A stretch of 64,000 nucleotides of DNA from contig CAXHJY010001283.1 in assembly GCA_964016885.1 (NCBI GenBank), positions 11,970 through 75,969 of the forward strand, in the 5' to 3' direction. A model generated the notes under the pieces. It made no database searches. It worked only from the letters and a program-made list of their open reading frames with translations, and was not told the DNA's origin. The first letter of the stretch is position 1. Each line of letters begins with the position of its first letter. The stretch comes from Eledone cirrhosa (Eukaryota). Below, one piece after another: positions 51,632 through 64,000 of this stretch. The position numbers and the translations under genes are program-made.

Positions 51632-52667
51632 TAAATTACAGAATAATCAAAACTATGTTCAAAACCTTTTATTGCTGACAATCGTTTCTTCCAAACTTTC
51701 ATTTGGAATCATCGGAGCACTAGTAAAGTTTAGACATATAATTAACCTCCTATTCCACAGAACAATTGTAAAGATACATAGATGTTAGTGTTGTTATTAA
51801 CAGTGTCATATTTAGAGAGTGAAGATGATATCAGTATAAGTGGATGCAACAAAGATTATAAAAGAATAATACAACAATTATAGAGGAATTAAAGAAGAAA
51901 GTTACTCACAAAACGAGGACATTAGCAGTACATATACAAGCGTATAGAAAGTGCAGATGTGTTAGGCATGTACAGAATAACCAGGTAAGAAACAAGCAAT
52001 GGTACTCGGCATATATATCTCACAGTATGGCAAAGGTATCACATAATACAATACAGGTATAAAAGCATATTAAGCAGACAGAGATGCATGTGTTGTATGA
52101 AAAGCGGTTTCTATGAAGTTTATGGTGGATGCAATGTGATAATTGTTCCGGTAATGTTCAAATGTACATGTGTTGTGAGTATTAATATTAAGGTTTTCCT
52201 TTCCATTACATTGGTTAAATTTTAGTAAATGTTTATCAGTAGCTACAACTATGGATTGTATATTGGTCCTATTACAATCTTATCAAGGGCTCGAGTTAGA
52301 CAGATCACTCTAGAACAACTCGAGCCCTTGATAAGATTGTAATAGGACCAATATACAATATACTCACACCACATGCACATTTGAACATTACCGGAACAAT
52401 TATCACATTGCATCCACCATAAACTTCATAGAAACCGCTTTTCATTTGTTGCATCCACTTATACTGACATCATCTTCACTCTCTAAATATGACACTGTTA
52501 ATAACAACACTAACATCTATGTATCTTTACAATTGTTCTGTGGAATAGGAGGTTAATTATATGTCTAAACTTTACTAGTGCTCCGATGATTCCAAATGAA
52601 AGTTTGGAAGAAACGATTGTCAGCAATAAAAGGTTTTGAACATAGTTTTGATTATTCTGTAATTTAT
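51632..52667. repeat. About 1-kb asymmetric inverted repeat (probable Penelope inverted pLTR) with a hammerhead in each arm
   Basis: Arms near-identical, centre 52298-52316; right arm lacks two blocks present in the left arm. Confidence 0.85.
52579..52625 (+). ncRNA. Type I hammerhead ribozyme motif (CCGAUGA core variant); mirror copy at 51673-51719 (-)
   Basis: Stem I tgct/agca, core CCGATGA, 7-bp stem II ttccaaa/tttggaa, GAAA, stem III ac-gatt-gt, GUC site, then AATAAA. Confidence 0.7.
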
Positions 52668-52813
52668 ATTCCGGCTCTGTAAAACATCTGATGTATTTAC
52701 ATTGAGCTATTTTCCTTACTGGTAATAAGGTGGTAATGAATTACTGACCTTTCCTGTTTATAATTATATATAGTGTATATATAAGTATAAATATTATTAT
52801 TATATATATATGA

Positions 52814-53150
52814 TCATCATCATTTCATTTTACGTCCACTTTTTCCCTGCTTGCAAGGGTGAGACGGGAACTGATTCTGGCTTGATTTCTAGAGCTGGAT
52901 GCCCTTCCTAACACCAACCTCATTTACAGTGAGTGTTGGGTGCTTTTTTTGGCATGGCACCTCCACGACCACTTTGCAGTGGTGCATATGGACCCCAGTC
53001 CTATCATCTCATTTCTACAGCTGAGTAAACTGGAGCAATGTGAAATAAAGTGACTTGCTGAAGGAAACAACACATCACCCGGTCTGAGAATTGAACTCAC
53101 AACCTTTCGATTGTAAGCCCAATGTTCTAACCACTAAGCCATGTGCCTCC
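52814..53150 (-). mobile_element. SINE family 1, full copy
   Basis: Reverse complement of 36826-37172; flanked by TA tracts. Confidence 0.9.
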
Positions 53151-53155
53151 ATATA

Positions 53156-53282
<127 letters not shown>

Positions 53283-53297
53283 GTATATATATATATA

Positions 53298-53628
53298 TCA
53301 TCATCATCATCATCATCTCATTTTACGTCCACTTTTCCCTGCTTGCAAGGGTGGGACGGGAACTGATTCTGGCTTGATTTCTAGAGCTGGATGCCCTTCC
53401 TAACACCAACCTCATTTACAGTGAGTGCTGGGTGCTTTTTTGCCGTGGCACCTCCACGACCACTTTACAGTGGAATGATAGGGACCCAGTCCCTATCATC
53501 TCATTTCTACAGCTGAGTAAACTGGAGCAATGTGAAATAAAGTGCCTTGCTCAAGGAAACAACACATCACCCGGTCTGAGAATTGAACTCACAACCTTTT
53601 GATTGCAAGGCCAATGCTCTAACCACTA
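53298..53628 (-). mobile_element. SINE family 1 copy, slightly 5'-truncated
   Basis: Same sequence as 52814-53150; TA tracts on both sides. Confidence 0.9.
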
Positions 53629-54243
<615 letters not shown>

Positions 54244-56413
54244 TCATCATCATCACCATCATCATCAGGTTTAGCGTCCGTGTTCCACGCTTGCATGGGT
54301 TTGGACGGGGGTTTTCCCACTTGAGGCAAGAGTGGTTGTCTTGCTCGCATAGGACTGTCTGGCGGGTTTTCTACAGTTGGATGCCCTTCCTAACACCAAC
54401 CACATTTACAGTGTGGGGCTGGGAGGTTTTTACCGTGTTGCCTACACGGCCACATTTACAGCGTGGACTGTGTGTTTTTTGTCGTGACACCTACACGATC
54501 TCATTTGTTTCGGCCTGGATGTTGTGGGACCAACATAACTTTACATTGAAAGGGGCGGTGTGGGTGGGGTGGAGGTGGTGGGACGGGGGTGTGTTTTGAT
54601 AGAGATGCCTACTGACTGTAGTAGGTTTTTACTTTGTATTTAGGTAAGGCGGGTCTTCTCTATTACTGAGTACCGCCAAAGGTCTCGGTCCAGTGACATT
54701 GTCTTGGAGAGGTGTAAGCGTGTGAGGTCGGAATTTATCAGCTCGTCCCATGTTTTTCTGGGTCTGCCTACTCCGTGGCTACCGTCTATCTTTATTGCCC
54801 TGCACTTTGTTATACAGCTGTCGTCTTTCATGTGCATCATGTGACCGTACCAACGTAGCCTTCTCTCGAGTAAACAACATCTGATCCCTCTTATTTCTAA
54901 TTTTTTCCTTAGTTCGTTTATGCTTTGCCGTTCACGTATATTACTATTGCACATCCAGCGGAGCATGCAAGCTTCGTTCCTCTCTAGTCTGCGTATATCC
55001 TCTGCACACAATGCCCAGGTCTCACTGCCATGCAGCATTGCTGTTCGTATGCAGGCATCGTATAACCTGCCTTTCATTTTTAGGGAGAACCCTCTAGCGG
55101 CTAATAGTGGTATAAGCTCTCTGAACTTTTTCCATCCAGTTCTGACTCTAGCTACTGTACTTTCAGAGCACCCTCCCCCACTGCTGATTTTGTCACCCAG
55201 ATAACGGAAGCTGTCCACTATTTCTATAGAACCCTCTGCGCAGTTGAAGGAGCTAGTATTTTGTGGGCACTTGCTGCTACTTATTGCACCAGAGCACCGG
55301 CCACATGTAAAATCTATGTTCTTAGTTAGCTTACCTGTGATCCCACTACATCTTTTATGCACCCATACTTTGCATTTGGGACATAAAATGGAGTTTCTAC
55401 CTACGCCTTTCCTACACACTGAGCATGGCCATTTCCCCGATGGGACTGCCGCCTTATTTTCTTTCCTACAAACTAGAACTTTAGTCTTAGCCAGGTTAAT
55501 TTTAAGGCCTTTTGATTCTAGGCCGTGCTTCCACGTTTGGAATTTCTTCTCTAGTTCGGTCGTTGATTCAGCTATGAGCGTTAGATCATCTGCGTATAGG
55601 AGTTCCCATGGGCAGCCGGTCTTGAACTCCTCTGTTATAGCCTGAAGGGCAATAATAAATAGTAGGGGGCTAAGAACAGAGCCCTGATGGACACCAACTT
55701 TTACGCTAAACTCTTCACTATATTCGTTGTTAATTCTAACCTTACTGACTGTTTCTTTATACATGGCTTGTATAGCTCTCACAAGCCATTCGTCAACACC
55801 TAGTTTTCTAAGAGACCACCAGATAATGGAACGGGGGACTCTGTCGAAGGCTTTCTCCAAGTCGACGAAAGCTAAGTATAGGGGTTTACTTTTAGCTAGG
55901 TACTTCTCCTGTAGTTGTCGTACAATGAAAAGAGCGTCTGTGGTACTTTTGCCTGACACAAACCCGAACTGCATTTCATCTAGATCAATTCTCTCTCTGA
56001 TTAGTTGCGCTATTACTTTTTCCGTGACCTTCATGACCTGGTCGATTAATTTAATGCCTCTATAGTTACTCCTATCTAGGGCATCTCCTTTTCCCTTATA
56101 GCAGTTAACGATGATGCTGCTACGCCATTCCTTCGGAACAACCCCATTCTGTACGACTTGGTTAACTATCCGGGTGACCATGGTGTGTCCCACCGAACCA
56201 GATGCCTTCAGCATCTCAGCAACTATTTCCGAAGGCCCAGCCGCCTTACCCGTCTTCATATCCTTGATTGCCTTACTTATTATACTACCCTCGACTAACA
56301 CTGCTGGTCCCTCTATTGGGTCGATCTGGGGGAGACTGTCTTTCTCCCATTTGTTCTCCTCATTTAGAAGCCTTTCGTAGTGACACTTCCAAGCTACCTT
56401 CTTATCAGCGTCG
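54244..56413 (-). mobile_element. RTE lineage A, young copy with an uninterrupted RT-PHD-C-terminal frame
   Basis: ORF 54640..56793 from TDADKK onward has no stops; 3'UTR and GAT tail. Confidence 0.97.
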
Positions 56414-56427
56414 GTATATATATATAC

Positions 56428-56458
<31 letters not shown>

Positions 56459-56487
56459 CATATATACATATACATATATATATATAC

Positions 56488-56520
<33 letters not shown>

Positions 56521-56551
56521 CATATATTTATATATATATATACATATATAC

Positions 56552-56606
<55 letters not shown>

Positions 56607-56703
56607 CATATATACATATATATATATACATATACATATATATATATACATATACATATATATATATATACATATACATATATATACATATATATATATA
56701 TAA
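56414..56703. repeat. (TA)n/(TACA) microsatellite between two divergent RTE copies
   Basis: Direct observation. Confidence 0.95.
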
Positions 56704-59700
56704 ATAATAATATCTGCGTATGCACCCCAATCCGGACTGCCCGGCACTATAAAAGACAGATTCTATGAGACACTGATGCTCACTACCTCCCAAATATCTG
56801 ACAGTGACTATATAATTATTGCAGGCGACCTAAATGGTCACGTTGGGCAACATTGTGACGGCTACGACGAAATCCATGGAGGCTATGGGTTTGGTACTAG
56901 AAATGAGGAAGGCTCCAGAATCCTGGAATTCTGTGATGCAAATAACCTAACTATCTGTAACACTAACTTCAAAAAACGTGACAATCACCTGATCACCTAT
57001 AGATCCGGGGAACACACAAGCCAGGTAGATTATATCCTTACCAGAAGACGTGACAGAGTGTCTGTTGTAAACACTAAATCCCTCCCCCATGAAGAATGCA
57101 CCTCCCAACATAGACTGATAATTAGCGACCTCATAGTCAGGTCGAGACGTACTCGACAGCAGAAGAGGACTATCCTCAGGAGAAAAATATGGAAGCTAAA
57201 GGACCCCACAGCCAAAAATAAATTTCAAAACATATTACTTGATGCTTTCGACAGTAAGGAAGAACACTTAGAGTCGGACAATATAGAGGGACAGTGGGAA
57301 TTTCTGAAAGCAAACCTGCTGTTGGCCACAGACGAAGTCTGTGGCTGGAGCAGGCCTGTAGGCAGGAGGAGAGTAACATGGTGGTGGAACAGTAAGGTGG
57401 AGGAGTCAATTAAGGCCAAAAAGCAGGCTTGGAAAGTATGGCGGGATGGGGGAAGTAGAGTAGACTATCAAGTGGCCAGGAGGGAAGCTAGGAGAGAAGT
57501 GTACTTAGCAAGAAGGGAAGCTGAGGAAAGAAAGTTCAAGCATGTCCTACAACGCGATGACCAAAAACGTGAGGTGTTCAGGATTGCTAGGCAATGCGTC
57601 AAGGAAAACCGTGATATTGTCGGGGAGAAGTGTGTACTTAACGATGATGGCATACTTGCCATCACCGACACTGATAAGAAGGCAGCTTGGAAGTGTCACT
57701 ATGAAAGGCTACTAAATGAGGAGAATAAATGGGAGAAAGACAGTCTCCCCCATGTCGACCCAATAGAGGGACCAGCAGTGTTAGTCGAGGGGAGTATAAT
57801 AAGTAAGGCAATCAAGGATATGAAGACAGGTAAGGCGGCTGGGCCTTCGGAAATAGTTGCTGAGATGCTGAAGGCATCTGGCACGGTGGGACACACCATG
57901 GTCACCCGCATAGTTAACCAAGTCGTACAGAAATGGGGCTGTTTCCGAAGGACTGGCATAGCAGCATCATCGTTAACTGTTATAAGGGTAAAGGAGACGC
58001 CCTAGATAGGAGTAACTATAGAGGCATTAAATTAATCGACCAGGTCATGAAGGTCACAGAAAAAGTAATAGCGCAACTAATCAGAGAGAGAATTGACCTA
58101 GATGAAATGCAGTTCGGGTTTGTGTCAGGCAAAAGTACCACAGACGCTCTTTTCATAGTACGACAACTACAGGAGAAGTACCTAGCTAAAGGTAAACCCC
58201 TCTACTTAGCTTTTGTCGACTTGGAGAAAGCCTTCGACAGAGTCCCCCGCTCCATTATCTGGTGGGCTCTTAGAAAACTAGGCGTTGACGAATGGCTTGT
58301 GAGGGCTATACAAGCCATGTATAAAGAAACAGTCAGCAAGGTTAGAATTAACAACGAATATAGTGAAGAGTTTAGCGTAAAAGTTGGCGTCCATCAGGGC
58401 TCTGTTCTCAGCCCCCTACTATTTATTATTGCCCTTCAGGCTATAACAGAGGAGTTCAAGACAGGCTGCCCATGGGAACTCCTATACGCAGACGACCTGA
58501 CACTCATAGCGGAATCAATGGCCGAGCTAGAGAAGAAATTCCAAACATGGAAGCACGGCCTAGAGTCAAAAGGACTTAAAATTAACCTGGCTAAGACCAA
58601 AGTTCTAGTTTGTAGGAAAGAAAACAAGGCGGCGGTCCCTTCTGGGAAATGGTCGTGCTCGGTGTGTAGGAAAGGCGTAGGTAGAAACTCCATTTTGTGT
58701 CCTAAATGCAAAGTATGGGTGCATAAAAGATGTAGTGGGATCACAGGTAAGCTAACTAAGAACATAGATTTTACATGTGGCCGGTGTTCTGGTGCAATAA
58801 GTAGCAGCAAGTGCCCACACAATACTAGCTCTTTCAATTGCGCAGAGGGTTCTATAGAAATAGTGGACAGCTTCCGTTACCTGGGCGATAAAATCAGCAG
58901 TGGGGGAGGGTGCTCTGAAAGTACTGTAGCTAGAGTCAGAACTGGTTGGAAAAAGTTCAGAGAGCTTATACCACTATTAGCTGCTAAAGGGTTCTCCCTA
59001 AAAATGAAAGGCAGGTTGTACGATGCCTGCATACGAACAGCAATGTTGCATGGCAGTGAGACCTGGGCATTGTGTGCAGAGGATATACGCAGACTAGAGA
59101 GGAACGAAGCTTGCATGCTCCGCTGGATGTGTAACAGTAATATACGTGAACGGCAAAGCATAAACGAACTAAGGAAAAAATTAGAGATAAGAGGGATCAG
59201 ATGTTGTTTACTCGAGAGAAGGCTACGTTGGTATGGACACGTGATGCGCATGAAAGTCGATAGCTGTATAACAAAGTGCAAGCCAATAAAGATAGACGGT
59301 AGCCACGGAATAGGCAGACCTAGAAAAACCTGGGACGAGCTGATAAACTCCGACCTCACACACTTACACCTCTCCAAGACAATGTCACTGGACCGAGACC
59401 TTTGGCGGTACTCAGTAACAGAGAAGACCCGCCTTGCCAGTAGGCATCTCTAACAAAATACACCCCGTCCCACCACCACCACCCCCACCCCATCCACACC
59501 ACCCCGTCCTATGTAAAGTTATGTTGGTGCCGCGCCATCCGGGCCGAAACAAATGAGATCGTGTAGGTGTCACGACAAAAAAACACACAGTCCACGCTGT
59601 AATGTGGCCGTGTAGGCAACACGGTAAAAACCTCCCAGACCCACACTGTAAATGTGGTTGGTGTTAGGAAGGGCATCCAACTGTAGAAAACCTGCCAGAC

Positions 59701-59814
59701 AGTCCTATGCGAGCAAGACAATCACTCTTGCCTCAAGTGGGACTACCCCCGTCCAAACCCATGCAAGCGTGGAACACGGACGTTAAACGTTGATGATGAT
59801 GATGATGATGATGA
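56704..59814 (+). mobile_element. RTE lineage A, young near-complete copy (APE endonuclease, RT, PHD), one frameshift near 57935
   Basis: SAYAPQ, GDLNGH, QVDY, SQHR; ORFs 56776..58005 and 57933..59453. Confidence 0.97.
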
Positions 59815-61875
<2,061 letters not shown>

Positions 61876-61887
61876 GTATATATATAT

Positions 61888-62972
61888 ATCATCATCATCA
61901 TCATTTTACGTCCGCTTTTCCCTGCTTGCAAGGGTGGGACGGGTCTTATTCAGCACAGCATCTCTCGACGCGTCACGGTCCCTCGTCATCTCCACCATGA
62001 GCTTCAATGATCTGAGGTCTGTTCTCACCACCTCCGCCCATGTTTTTCGTGGTCTACCTCTACCACGTCTTCCTTCAACTGGCATTTTCTGGTACTTCTT
62101 CACCCATCGGTCATCCTCCATGCGCATCACATGTCCATACCATCTCAGTCTCCTCTCCCGTACACTACATTCTATCCCTCTCAGACACAGTTTCTCTCTC
62201 AACACATTTATGCTGGGTCGTTCACGCACATTTACACTGCACATCCAACGGAGCATGCTTGCCTCATTTCTCTCCAGCCGTCGCATATCTTCTGCGGTAG
62301 CTGCCCATGTCTCACTACCATGCAGCATCGCGCTCCTCACACAGGCATCATACAAACGGCCTTTCGTACGCAGGGAGAAACCCTTCTTCGTCAACAGAGG
62401 AAGCAGCTCCCTAAACTTCTTCCAACCCGTCCTTATTCTAGATACTATGGCCTCGGAACACCCTCCTCCCATGCTAATCTGATCTCCTAGGTACCGGAAG
62501 CTATCCACCACTTCTATAGCGCCCTCTCGCATTTGAAAAATGTGTTTATCAGTGCGACTTCTACTGTTTAATTTCCCTGTACATCTACTGCATACATATT
62601 TCTCCCTGCCTGTTAGTTTGCCTGCTATCCCGCTACATCTCTTGTGTACCCAGGACCTACATTGTGTGCATTTTATAGAATTTATGCCAGTTCCTTTTCT
62701 GCATATCGAACATGGCCATTTCCCTGACGGAATCAGGGTTTTGTCCTCTTTTCTACTCATCAACACTTTTGTCTTAGCTAGATTTACTCTCAGTCCTCTT
62801 GCTTCCAACTGCTGTTTCCATAGCCGGAATTTATTCTCTAGCTCCTCTACTGATTCTGCTATAAGAGCCAGATCGTAAGCATAGAGAAGTTCCCATGGAC
62901 AGCCAGTCTTAAACTCCTCTGTTATGGCTTGGAGGACTATAATGAACAAGAGCGGGCTGAGGACCGAACCCT
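61888..62972 (-). mobile_element. RTE lineage B, young 5'-truncated copy (YADD changed to YAYD)
   Basis: ORF 61906..62949 with intact PHD finger; TA tracts on both sides. Confidence 0.95.
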
Positions 62973-63780
<808 letters not shown>

Positions 63781-63829
63781 AGTTAAATATTTTTATATTA
63801 TAATATATAGTATAAATGAATTATGTTAA

Positions 63830-64000
63830 AGTAATTTTCTACACAAAACGAAGGTTATAGAGAAAATTGAGGTTGGTAATGGCACATGGAATATATAAGA
63901 GACAGAATACTTTTTTGTGAAAAAACATAATTTTATAAGGTAAGGAAATAATAAAGGGTATAAAAAATGACCGGTTTCGATGGGTCTGCAAAGCCATCTT
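63830..64000 (-). mobile_element. Probable Penelope pLTR with a hammerhead cut by the window edge
   Basis: Minus strand AAGA-tggc...ccatc-GAAA-ccggtc. Confidence 0.45.

Noticed and set aside
51854-52254. Blocks missing from the right palindrome arm as spliced introns
   Set aside because: No GT-AG boundaries found in either orientation
54640-56793. 717-aa ORF as a complete gene
   Set aside because: The N-terminus is read-through from the antisense of the neighbouring element and a TA tract; the real part is a 5'-truncated RTE
56704-59453. Prokaryotic RT system (retron, group II intron, DGR)
   Set aside because: APE endonuclease plus RT, 5' truncation and microsatellite tails identify non-LTR retrotransposons

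Overview
AT-rich, repeat-saturated animal genomic DNA, not prokaryotic. The SINE/LINE repertoire and long TA tracts suggest an octopod cephalopod (inference). Six short minus-strand coding exons of a NIPSNAP gene (43905-43751, 33529-33484, 30826-30735, 26504-26434, 18663-18520, 6800-6769; 540 nt, phases join in frame) span 37 kb, so most of the window is intronic. The rest is mostly mobile DNA: about 20 RTE-clade LINE pieces from several lineages, tRNA-derived SINEs, Penelope-like elements with hammerhead motifs, CR1 and CRE LINE fragments, hAT, piggyBac, Tc1/mariner and Helitron remnants, satellites and long (TA)n tracts. Most notable is a linked RTE system. Its lineages carry a C4HC3 PHD-type zinc finger inserted inside the reverse transcriptase, end in (GAT)n tails and mostly sit in TA tracts. 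They appear to have donated 3' modules to a chimeric SINE, and a 48-bp 3'UTR subrepeat has repeatedly expanded into satellites, with a related unit forming an 8.7-kb array. All family assignments come from motif recognition, not database searches, and repeat boundaries are approximate.
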